64,000 nt of DNA. Source: Dehalococcoidia bacterium (lineage in GTDB: Bacteria; Chloroflexota; Dehalococcoidia; GIF9; UBA5629). The stretch covers positions 114,582 through 178,581 of the forward strand of contig PLME01000005.1 in NCBI GenBank assembly GCA_003142375.1, read 5' to 3'. Below are positions 9,874-18,513 of this stretch, one piece after another (position 1 is the first letter of the stretch; each line of letters begins with the position of its first letter). The notes below the pieces were generated by a model that was not told the origin of the DNA, made no database searches, and saw only the letters and a program-made list of their open reading frames with translations. A program made the translations under genes and the position numbers.

Positions 9874-10605
9874 ATGATGGAAGTGATACAGGGCGTTTAT
9901 AAGATCAGCGGCATCTGGGACCAGGCCGACCTGGGAGCCAATGTATACCTGCTGGGATTGGGGGGAGGGTTTACTCTGGTTGACACCGGGTATCGCACCA
10001 AGTACAGGCAAATATTGAAAAGGATTTATCGCCTGGGTTTTGCCCCTACCAGGATCCGCCACATCATCATTACGCACCATCATCCCGACCATACCGGCGG
10101 GCTGGCCGCCCTTAAAGAGCTAACCGGGGCGAAGGCCGTCGCCCATAAATTGGACGCTCCCTATATTGACGGCAGGCTGCCCCAGGCTGGACCCTCGCGG
10201 CCGGGATGGCTGAAGAGCGGGTCGGGCCTTTTCAGTGGTATGCTGGCCACACCGCCGGCCAATATTGAGATCGAGGTTGAGGACGGAGACGATCTGCCGG
10301 TGGCGGGCGGCATTAAGATAATTCATACACCCGGACATACTCCAGGCAGCATCTGTCTTTACCTGAAGCAGGAAGGTCTGGTATTTACCGGGGACCTGCT
10401 GGCCAGGCGACTGGGTGTCAAGCTGCCCTCGATGGTATTCACCGCCGATATACCGCAGGAGATCTCCTCCATTCGGAAGCTGGCGGAGCTGGACTTCGAG
10501 ACAGCCTGCTTCGGGCACGGTTTTCCGCTCAGGAAGGATGCCGGCAAAAAAGTGGCAGAGTTTGCCAGCAAATTACTGCTCCTTCGGGGAAACACCAAGC
10601 CCTAA
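9874..10605 (+). CDS. MBL-fold metallo-hydrolase
   Basis: THHHPDHTGG, TPGHTPG, FTGD, FGHG motifs. Confidence 0.9.
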   Translation: MMEVIQGVYKISGIWDQADLGANVYLLGLGGGFTLVDTGYRTKYRQILKRIYRLGFAPTRIRHIIITHHHPDHTGGLAALKELTGAKAVAHKLDAPYIDGRLPQAGPSRPGWLKSGSGLFSGMLATPPANIEIEVEDGDDLPVAGGIKIIHTPGHTPGSICLYLKQEGLVFTGDLLARRLGVKLPSMVFTADIPQEISSIRKLAELDFETACFGHGFPLRKDAGKKVAEFASKLLLLRGNTKP

Positions 10606-10636
10606 ATACCAAATTCCAACAAACCGAAATAAACAG

Positions 10637-10759
10637 GTCATTGCGAAGCCCCGATCCAATTGGGGCTGTGGCAATCCTTTGATCGAAGAAATTATGACAG
10701 CCTTTATGCTATGAGATTGCTTCGTCACCCCAATGCTACCGGGGGTTCCTCGCAATGAC
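10637..10759. repeat. Palindromic REP/MITE-like element (GTCATTGCGA...TCGCAATGAC)
   Basis: 10-bp terminal inverted repeats with nested inner stems AGCCCC/GGGGCT, GCAATC/GATTGC, ACCCC/GGGGT between convergent genes. Confidence 0.75.
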
Positions 10760-10781
10760 GTTTGATCTTAGAGTTTGGAAT

Positions 10782-11768
10782 TCATTGCTCTACCGAATTC
10801 CTGAGTGCCATGAGGTTAATATGCGGGACGGTAATGGGGTAGGTGCAGCCGGGAGTTAGTATGAGCCGCCGGCCATCCATCTGATTTATAGCATCTTGAG
10901 ACTGCTTCTTTATATTCTCCGTGCTTTCCGTAAGCAGCGTTTTAAATTGTTCGATGCCGCCCATTAGAGCGCCCTTAAATAGTTTGCTTGCTTCCGCCAG
11001 GCCGGGCCGGGCTGTGCGGTCATGCCAGTTCATGGCCTGAACCGGGTAATTCGCCAGCTCTTTGAAGAGGGGGTTTTTGCCGTGCAGGTGCATCACGTTG
11101 AACCAGCCCGCGGTAGCGGCCTCCAATACTTTCTGGTCTCCCGGGCGACCGAAGCGCAAATACTCGTCCACGCTCATAACATCGTAGCTTGCCGCCCGGG
11201 CCGACAGGAAAATACCGTCGCAACCCTCATCCATCACGGCGCGTACAAAACGTGAGCAGGTCTCGGTCAGCGCCTTTATGCCGCGCTCAACACGCTCCGG
11301 CTCCCGCCTTAAATGCACCAGGCAGGTCTCATCGCCGGCCAGGTAAAAGGCGGCATTGATGGGGTTGAAGATAGTGAAGATGACCGGCGTGTCTTCGTCT
11401 TTTTTGTCAATGATGATACGCAGCGCCTGCAGCATGCGGCCGTAAGTGCCTTTGTTTATGTCCAGAGGCTCGATGCGGTCCCAGTGCTCTATCTTTTTAA
11501 TGGCGTATTCCAGGTAATCGCGATCGCCCATTGGGCTACCGCGCCAGGCGTGCTTGACTCCGTAATCGTCCACACAGAAGGTTGAGGCCACCGGCACCTT
11601 GATAAAATCAAGATCGTAGAGCTTCTGAAAGGTCAGTGTCGCCTCTGCCAGCGTCTCAGGCTGCTGGTCTTCCTCCGGCCAGTGCCTCCAGAAGCCGACC
11701 GGAACTCGGTCAACCTCCTTTCCTGCCAGGGCTGCTTTAATCCTCTCTTTTTTCGTCATTCGCATCAT
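10782..11768 (-). CDS. Uroporphyrinogen decarboxylase (URO-D/MtaA-CmuA) family protein
   Basis: ERIKAALAGKEVDRVPVGFWRH N-terminus; MHLHG; LILTPGC C-terminus. Confidence 0.8.
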   Translation of the reverse strand: MMRMTKKERIKAALAGKEVDRVPVGFWRHWPEEDQQPETLAEATLTFQKLYDLDFIKVPVASTFCVDDYGVKHAWRGSPMGDRDYLEYAIKKIEHWDRIEPLDINKGTYGRMLQALRIIIDKKDEDTPVIFTIFNPINAAFYLAGDETCLVHLRREPERVERGIKALTETCSRFVRAVMDEGCDGIFLSARAASYDVMSVDEYLRFGRPGDQKVLEAATAGWFNVMHLHGKNPLFKELANYPVQAMNWHDRTARPGLAEASKLFKGALMGGIEQFKTLLTESTENIKKQSQDAINQMDGRRLILTPGCTYPITVPHINLMALRNSVEQ

Positions 11769-11805
11769 GGTAATAATTCCCTTAACCCTTGAGTTTTGAA
11801 TTAAT

Positions 11806-12552
11806 TCAGGGTATTCTCTTTTTTATCTTTGCCCACGATCCGGTGATCAAAAAACTCTCATCCATGTTATTGACCATACTCTCGAATTTCTTCATCGGCA
11901 CGGCAAATGACAGCTCATATTTATCCACGAAGGGCCTGGCAGAGATATCGAACATACCGATAACCGGCTTGGGGCGGCGCGATTCGCACTGCATCAGGGG
12001 ATGGTGCACGATTGACGAGCATCCCGAACCGAAGGGCGAGATGACGCCGTTGGGCTCGGCCTCATCGAAGCTGGCCAGCGTAAAGAGGCCCGCCAGCACG
12101 TCGGGTTTGGCAAAGAAAACGGCCACCAGCGGGGTGTCGGACTCTTCCAGCAAATCCCAGCGTTTAAAGACGATATAACGGCCCGGCGCCTTAAACGGCT
12201 GCTGCTGCGCCATGATCTCCTTGACCATCTCAGGTGACTTCTTGTAACGCTCGCCTTCGAGCTTTCCCGGTATCCCGCAGGATAGGAAATACTCGAAGTT
12301 GGGCATGATCTTGGTGGCGAAACCCACATATCTTTTCCCGCCGAAGCAGCCTATCGATTCCACACCGAAGGCCATGGGATTTCCTTTGCGGGCTTTCAGC
12401 AGGGCAGCGATGATGCACCTGTTCACTGAGCCGGGCTTGACCAGGTCGGCACGGCCTTCCTCATCGGTGTAATAAAAGGTCAACGGCAGCTCGGCATTAT
12501 TGAAATATTTTTTCCAGAGACCCGTAAACCGCTCTATATCCGTTTTATTCAT
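11806..12552 (-). CDS. DUF169 family protein
   Basis: Cys pattern RCII, GCFGG, PFGSGCSSIV, GMFDISAR; start at MNKTDI with GGAGG RBS. Confidence 0.75.
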   Translation of the reverse strand: MNKTDIERFTGLWKKYFNNAELPLTFYYTDEEGRADLVKPGSVNRCIIAALLKARKGNPMAFGVESIGCFGGKRYVGFATKIMPNFEYFLSCGIPGKLEGERYKKSPEMVKEIMAQQQPFKAPGRYIVFKRWDLLEESDTPLVAVFFAKPDVLAGLFTLASFDEAEPNGVISPFGSGCSSIVHHPLMQCESRRPKPVIGMFDISARPFVDKYELSFAVPMKKFESMVNNMDESFLITGSWAKIKKRIP

Positions 12553-12676
12553 GACCACTGCCTCCATGGAATGATTATGCTTCTTTTTCCTGTTAGAGCA
12601 CAAAACTCGAATTATTTACTTAATTATCAGCGTAGTTGGCTGGTATGGCTTTCCCGGTTAATTATGCTTCCCCAAA

Positions 12677-13831
12677 TTATTGTCTCGGCCCTAGTTCGGT
12701 GTGGACCTTCTTGAGCCATTCGGCAATGGGGATTTTCTGGGGGCAGGCTTCCTCGCATTCGCCGCATTCGATGCATTTATCGGCCCGCTGGTCCGGTTTC
12801 ATGGCCACCGGGCTGTTATAGTAAAAGCGTGCCGCCCTGAGGTCACCGTACATGATGCCGTTGTTGTAAAATTGGAAGATACGCGGGATATCCACCCCGC
12901 TGCTGCAGGGCTGGCAATACCCGCAATTGGTGCAGGGAATGGGGCTGAGACCCTGGAAAGCCCCTTTGACACGATCGATTAGCACCAGTTCATCCTTTGT
13001 CAGAGAGCCATGACCGCTGTGGTTGGCCGTAGTAAGGTTCTGCTCCACCTGCTCCATAGTGCTCATGCCGCTGAGGGCCAGTGATACTTCCGGATGTTCC
13101 CAGACCCAGAGCAAGGCCCACTCGGCCTGCGAGCGCTGATGTACTGCCCCTTTCAATATTTGGGCTACAGATGCCGGAGGCTGTTTGGCCAGGCCCCCGC
13201 CCCTCAAGGGCTCCATGACCACCACTGCCAGGCCCTTGCCGGCGGCGTACTTGAGCCCCTTCTGGCCGGCCTGGAATTCGGTATCCATATAGTTGTACTG
13301 GATCTGGCAGAAGGTCCAGTTGTCATAGCCGTCTACGATCTCTTTGAAGAGGTCGAACTCGTCGTGGAATGAGAAGCCCAGCCGGCCGATGCGGCCGCCT
13401 GACATGGCTTTTTCGGCCCATTGAAACACTTTGAGGTCACGTAAATTGGGCCAGTAGTCTTTATTCAGGCCGTGCAGCAGATAAAAGTCAATAGTATCGG
13501 TCTGCAGGCGCTTTAGCTGCTCATCGAAATAGCGGTCGAAATCGGCTGCCGACCTTATGGCCCAGGAGGGCATCTTGGTGGCAAGCTTCACTTTCTGCCG
13601 GTAGCCATCGCTTAGCGCCTTGCCGACCACCACCTCGCTGCGCCCTGCGTGGTATGGGTAGGCGGTGTCTATGTAATTGACCCCTTTATCGATGGAGTGG
13701 CGGATCATTCTGACCGCTTCAGCCTCATCGATGTCGGCCGGATCAGGTGTATTTTGGGGGAGTCGCATGGCGCCGAAGCCGAGGGCCGAGGACTGCCAGG
13801 TCATTTTTTTGCCGAAGGGACGGTACTTCAT
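12677..13831 (-). CDS. Aldo/keto reductase with C-terminal 4Fe-4S dicluster
   Basis: LGFGAMRLP, YIDTAYPY, CTNCGYCQPC and CIECGECEEACP. Confidence 0.9.
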   Translation of the reverse strand: MKYRPFGKKMTWQSSALGFGAMRLPQNTPDPADIDEAEAVRMIRHSIDKGVNYIDTAYPYHAGRSEVVVGKALSDGYRQKVKLATKMPSWAIRSAADFDRYFDEQLKRLQTDTIDFYLLHGLNKDYWPNLRDLKVFQWAEKAMSGGRIGRLGFSFHDEFDLFKEIVDGYDNWTFCQIQYNYMDTEFQAGQKGLKYAAGKGLAVVVMEPLRGGGLAKQPPASVAQILKGAVHQRSQAEWALLWVWEHPEVSLALSGMSTMEQVEQNLTTANHSGHGSLTKDELVLIDRVKGAFQGLSPIPCTNCGYCQPCSSGVDIPRIFQFYNNGIMYGDLRAARFYYNSPVAMKPDQRADKCIECGECEEACPQKIPIAEWLKKVHTELGPRQ

Positions 13832-13965
13832 ATAGCGTTAATATTACTACGTGGGAGGATTTAATTGCTAGAAATTCCAAATTCCAAAATACAAACACCA
13901 ATTCTTGTTGTTGCCGGTGGCTAGGGGGAATAGAATTAGAGACAGAAATCAGAAAGCGGAAAGAT

Positions 13966-14667
13966 ATGGCAAGCGAGAGACAAAAGATAACGGCGGGCAA
14001 AATGGTTTATACGGCGGTGTGGATATTGATCTGGCCGGTGGCGCTGCTATGGTTGTCGGGGGATTGGCTGTGGCTGGAGGGCTGGATATTTGATGTTTGG
14101 TTCCTGGCACTGTGCTTCACAGCCATAATCAGTCTTTATATCAAGGACCCGGCGCTGCTGGCGGAAAGGTACAAACAGCCGGGAGAAGCCGGACAGAAAG
14201 GCTGGGACCGCTATGTTGTTTACGGGCTGTTGCTGGGGTTTATTGCCTGGGCAGTGATCATGCCGCTCGATGCCAGAAGATGCGAATGGAGCGCCGGCTT
14301 CCCCATCTGGATGAAGGTCGTGGGTGTAGTGGGAATGGTGCTATCCTCAATACTTTTCTACAGGGCGCTGATGGACAACACCTTCGCCTCGCCTCTGGTG
14401 AGGATACAGGCGGAGCGCAAGCAGCAGGTGATTTCCAGCGGGGCTTACGGCCTGGTAAGGCACCCCCTGTACCTGGCAGGGATATTGATGTTCCTGGGGG
14501 CGCCGCTGCTGCTGGGTTCCCTGTACGGCCTGCTGATCGGTGTATTGATGTTTTTTCTGCTAGCGGCCCGGATAGTGGGGGAAGAGAAGATGCTGGTCAA
14601 TGACCTGGAGGGTTATGCCGATTACAGGAAGAAAGTGAAATACCGGCTAATCCCTTTCATCTGGTAG
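13966..14667 (+). CDS. Isoprenylcysteine carboxylmethyltransferase (ICMT/PEMT) family protein
   Basis: GAYGLVRHPLY, EEKML..DLEGYADYRKKVKYRLIPFIW; true start probably MASERQ at 13966. Confidence 0.85.
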   Translation: MASERQKITAGKMVYTAVWILIWPVALLWLSGDWLWLEGWIFDVWFLALCFTAIISLYIKDPALLAERYKQPGEAGQKGWDRYVVYGLLLGFIAWAVIMPLDARRCEWSAGFPIWMKVVGVVGMVLSSILFYRALMDNTFASPLVRIQAERKQQVISSGAYGLVRHPLYLAGILMFLGAPLLLGSLYGLLIGVLMFFLLAARIVGEEKMLVNDLEGYADYRKKVKYRLIPFIW

Positions 14668-14672
14668 ACCGC

Positions 14673-15428
14673 TTATATTCGCGCATTAATTATGCGCAGA
14701 ACGACCTCGGCAAAGCCCTCGCCCGCACCGTGTTCGCTGATATACCTGGCGGACTTGCGGAGCGTCTTTTTATCGATTTCAGGCAGGTCCGGGTTGGGAA
14801 TAAGAACACTTTGTGTGAACAGTTTGAAAAGGGAAAGGTCGGTCATGGAATCGCCCACCACCAGCACCTCGTCCGGCCTGATCTTCGGCCCGTCCATCAG
14901 CTCCAGAAGCCTTTTCAGCGTGGTCCCCTTTTCAATGCCCTTCTGCATGAGGTGCAGTATATAGGTGGAGTCCAGCAACTGGACGTCCCCGACGCATTTT
15001 CTAAGATCTTTCATATCTACGCCGTCGGCACGGCAGACGATGTCGATCAGCCTCTCGGTGTTGTCTTCCCTCTCAGTAATGCGGCCCGCATACTTGGCCT
15101 TGAGTCTCGCCAGGGCCTCGACGGCAGGCTGGCGTGAATAGCCTAAATCTACTAAACCGCTTTTGTAAGTTATCCTGGCGACCGCGCCGTTTTCGGCTAT
15201 CAGGGGCCCGCCGATATCCAGGCTGCGAGCCATGGCTACCAACATTGGGTCGGTGCGGCCGGAGACCAATCCCACCGTAATACCATGCTCTTTTAAATTC
15301 TGCATGGCATTGGCGACAGCAGGGCTGAGCTCATCGCCTCCGTTGTTGAGCGTGCCGTCAACGTCGGTCATGATGAGCTTTATACTAAGGGCTGTTTTAC
15401 GTGTGATCCTGGTATAAGGTTGAATCAT
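14673..15428 (-). CDS. HAD-IIB hydrolase (phosphoglycolate/sucrose-phosphatase-like)
   Basis: DVDGTL, VSGR, IAENGA, KG, VGDSMTD motifs. Confidence 0.85.
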   Translation of the reverse strand: MIQPYTRITRKTALSIKLIMTDVDGTLNNGGDELSPAVANAMQNLKEHGITVGLVSGRTDPMLVAMARSLDIGGPLIAENGAVARITYKSGLVDLGYSRQPAVEALARLKAKYAGRITEREDNTERLIDIVCRADGVDMKDLRKCVGDVQLLDSTYILHLMQKGIEKGTTLKRLLELMDGPKIRPDEVLVVGDSMTDLSLFKLFTQSVLIPNPDLPEIDKKTLRKSARYISEHGAGEGFAEVVLRIINARI

Positions 15429-15481
15429 CCGGGTAAGTTTAACAAATTCTTAGGTTTTGAGGTTTAGCTCCGTGGTGCGGT

Positions 15482-18400
15482 TCAGGCCCTGGCCTTGTCG
15501 CCGCTCAGCTTGTAGCTGTTGCGGCCGTGCTCCTTGGTATAGTACATGGCGGCATCCGCCGCTTTGAGCAGGTCTTCGATATTGGAACCGTCCCGGGGAA
15601 AAACGGCTATGCCGATGCTGGTTGTCACCAGGAGCTCTTGCCCGTCGACTACAAACGGCTCTTGAAAAGCCGAGTGAATTTTCTGTGCCGTTTTAAGGAC
15701 ATCTTTGACATTGGTATACTCCGGTATCAGCACTACGAACTCGTCGCCGCCCAGCCTGGCCACCGTATCGCTCTTACGAACCATGGCAGATAAGCGGTCG
15801 GCCGTGGCTTTGAGGAGTTCGTCGCCGGCGGCGTGGCCCAGGGTGTCATTGATAGTTTTGAAGTTGTCCAGGTCGAGTTCCATGACAGCCAGTTTTCTAT
15901 TGTTCCGCTGGGCCTGAGCGCAGGCAATGCCGAAGCGGTCATACAATAGCGACCTGTTGGGCAGGCCGGTAAGGGCATCGTGCATGGCCATAACGGCCAG
16001 CTTATTTTGCAGCTCCATGCGCTCGCTTATGTCCCGGCTCAGGCAGCGGAAGCCGATAACCTTCCCGCTGGCATCCTTTTGCGGCGATACCGAAATCTCA
16101 CCGAAGCCTGTCATGCCGTCCTTGCGGATGAACTTAAAAACCAGCCCTCTTTGAGGCTCGCCGGTTAATACGACCTGAGTAAATCGCTCATGCATCTCTT
16201 CACGGTTCTCGACTGCGATATTGAGCCGTGAGTCCGTGCCGATTAGTTCTTCTTTTGAATAGCGCAACTCCTTGCACAGCATACGGTTTACAAAGGTAAA
16301 GTTGTTTGCCAGGTCCATCTCAAAGTAGGAATCATTCATCTCTTCCAGTATGGTGCGGAACCTCTTCTCCGAGTCTTCTACTATTTTCTGCAACCGTTTG
16401 ACTTCAGTGACGTCGACCAGGGTGGTCCTGCTCATAAGGAAATTGCCGGCCTCATCCTTGATAGCCGTGGCGTTTACCAGGGTGGGGAAAATGGTGCCGT
16501 CTTTGCGTATCAGGTCAAACTCCAGGTCCTTGACCCATCCGCGCTCTTTGAAAATAGGGAAATTTCTCCGGAAAACTTCCTTGCTCTCAGCCGTGAGGAA
16601 ATCAGTGAACTTTTTCTTGCCGATAACCTCGTCCTGCTCATATCCCAGCCAGGCGAGCTCAGTGTCGTTGACCCGCACATAGGTGCCGTCTTTATCCAGC
16701 GAGTGGTATCCCGCTGGCGCGTTATTATAGAGGTCCTCGATTCTCTCGGCAGCCTTTTGCCGCTCCTCCTCGATCTTTCTATGCTCGGTGATGTCGCGGA
16801 CGATACCGATGACTGCTACAACTTTACCGTTGATATCTTTCATGGGGCTAAGGCTGGTGCTATTCCACATATTTTTGTCACCAAAAGCCAGAATCTCCTC
16901 AATTTTTATATTTATTCCAGTTTCGAATACTTTCTGGATATTAGCTGATGTACTGGCAGCAATTTGTTTTGGGAATATTTCAGTAAGTGACTTGCCGACC
17001 ATATCTTCCGGCTTTTTATGGAAAAAGCCGGCTGCGAAGCTGTTCATGGACAAGATTTTCATTTCACTATCGATCACAAATATTTGGTCAACTGCGGCTT
17101 CAATAACCGCTCTATATTTTGCTTCGCTTTCTTTCAGCTTCTCCTCCGCCTGCTTGCGCTCGGTGATGTCTTTAACGATATGCACCGTGCCTTCGAGCCC
17201 GCCATTATCATTAAATATCGGTGAGCAGGATACTTCCATATAAATCCCCAGACGCGGCTCGAACACCTCTTCGCTTACGCCCGATTTACATTTAATCGCC
17301 TGATCATGAGGGCAATTCGGAATAGGGCCGGAAGACATGTGAACAATCTCGTAACAATGCCTGCCGATAAGCTCCTCCGGCCGCACCTGGAAAGCGTCGG
17401 CATAGGCTTGGTTCACCCGGATGAGCTTGAAATCCTTATCCTGGATGGAGATCAGGTCGGAAATGGCGTCAAAGGTGGTTTGCCACTGCTCGGACTTCCT
17501 TTTGGCGATATCTGCCGTCTCTTTGGCAGCCGTGATGTCCTGTAAGGTTCCTCCTACCCTGGTTATCAGGCCTTTTTCACTGTAAGCCTTGCCGACGGTG
17601 CGTATCCAGCGGCGGTTGCCTTTGGCCGTAATAAAGGGCAGCTCCAGGTCGAACGGCTCGCCGAAGATGACGGCGTGCTGTACGGCCTCAGTTATGACCG
17701 GCACTGCTTCGGCAGCATAAAATTTAATCGCGTCATCCACGGTAATACGGTGCCCCGGTTCCAACTCATAAATGCGGTATATCTCCTCGGTCCAGGTCAG
17801 CAAGCGAGTTTTAACATCGAATTCCCAGCCGCCTACGCTGGCCATTTTGCCGGTCTCGTTTAAAAGGTCCAGGGCGTAGGACCCCTCTTCTCTTGCTTTG
17901 AACTCGCTGCGCCTGAAAGAGTAGAGGCGGCTGGACGCATAGATGCCGATTATGTTGGCCAGGAGCAGCGCCGCTACCGAGGCATATATAGCTGCCCCCA
18001 TGGCTGCATGGTGCAAGAGGAAGAGGTTAAGCCACTCGGCCAGCATGAACAGCATTCCGCCCATAGTCCTGAACATCAACCTCATAGGCATGCCCAGGTA
18101 AATTATCAAGATTAATACGACATCGATGGGGATATTCCCGATGTAGCTGGAAGGCCTGGTCAGGTTGATGGCGCACACCATCAGGGCGCTTAAAATAAGC
18201 CAGGCAAATAGATTCCAGTCGAATTTAACCGGGCTGCGGTTATTCCTGAGGAAAAGGATCAGACCGATGTTATAGACCAGGTATAGGCTGCGCAGTCCCA
18301 TCAGATAGTAGAAGGTCGGAGTAAGACCGAAGAGAGCGTAGTCATTATAGGCGAAGGCCACCAGCAGTATAGTGAGAATGACCATGGAGACAGAGGCTGC

Positions 18401-18493
18401 CCTTGCATCTTCCTTAAGGTAGTGCAGCCTGTACTCCCTTTCCATGCCTTCCGGCAAATATCCGTCAAGCCATGGCAGGTTCAACCATCGCAT
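15482..18493 (-). CDS. Membrane-bound multi-PAS diguanylate cyclase (GGDEF)
   Basis: N-terminal TMs, several PAS/PAC repeats, HDALTGLPNR, RxxD I-site (RKSD), RLGGDEF. Confidence 0.92.
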   Translation of the reverse strand: MRWLNLPWLDGYLPEGMEREYRLHYLKEDARAASVSMVILTILLVAFAYNDYALFGLTPTFYYLMGLRSLYLVYNIGLILFLRNNRSPVKFDWNLFAWLILSALMVCAINLTRPSSYIGNIPIDVVLILIIYLGMPMRLMFRTMGGMLFMLAEWLNLFLLHHAAMGAAIYASVAALLLANIIGIYASSRLYSFRRSEFKAREEGSYALDLLNETGKMASVGGWEFDVKTRLLTWTEEIYRIYELEPGHRITVDDAIKFYAAEAVPVITEAVQHAVIFGEPFDLELPFITAKGNRRWIRTVGKAYSEKGLITRVGGTLQDITAAKETADIAKRKSEQWQTTFDAISDLISIQDKDFKLIRVNQAYADAFQVRPEELIGRHCYEIVHMSSGPIPNCPHDQAIKCKSGVSEEVFEPRLGIYMEVSCSPIFNDNGGLEGTVHIVKDITERKQAEEKLKESEAKYRAVIEAAVDQIFVIDSEMKILSMNSFAAGFFHKKPEDMVGKSLTEIFPKQIAASTSANIQKVFETGINIKIEEILAFGDKNMWNSTSLSPMKDINGKVVAVIGIVRDITEHRKIEEERQKAAERIEDLYNNAPAGYHSLDKDGTYVRVNDTELAWLGYEQDEVIGKKKFTDFLTAESKEVFRRNFPIFKERGWVKDLEFDLIRKDGTIFPTLVNATAIKDEAGNFLMSRTTLVDVTEVKRLQKIVEDSEKRFRTILEEMNDSYFEMDLANNFTFVNRMLCKELRYSKEELIGTDSRLNIAVENREEMHERFTQVVLTGEPQRGLVFKFIRKDGMTGFGEISVSPQKDASGKVIGFRCLSRDISERMELQNKLAVMAMHDALTGLPNRSLLYDRFGIACAQAQRNNRKLAVMELDLDNFKTINDTLGHAAGDELLKATADRLSAMVRKSDTVARLGGDEFVVLIPEYTNVKDVLKTAQKIHSAFQEPFVVDGQELLVTTSIGIAVFPRDGSNIEDLLKAADAAMYYTKEHGRNSYKLSGDKARA

Positions 18494-18513
18494 TTACAGG
18501 AATTTCCCCTGAC

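Noticed and set aside
10782-11768. True hemE
   Set aside because: Lacks the canonical MRQAGR motif and has no heme-pathway neighbours; family-level call only
13747-13965. N-terminal extension of the ICMT ORF
   Set aside because: Overlaps the divergent aldo/keto reductase start and an AT-rich intergenic repeat; real start likely 13966
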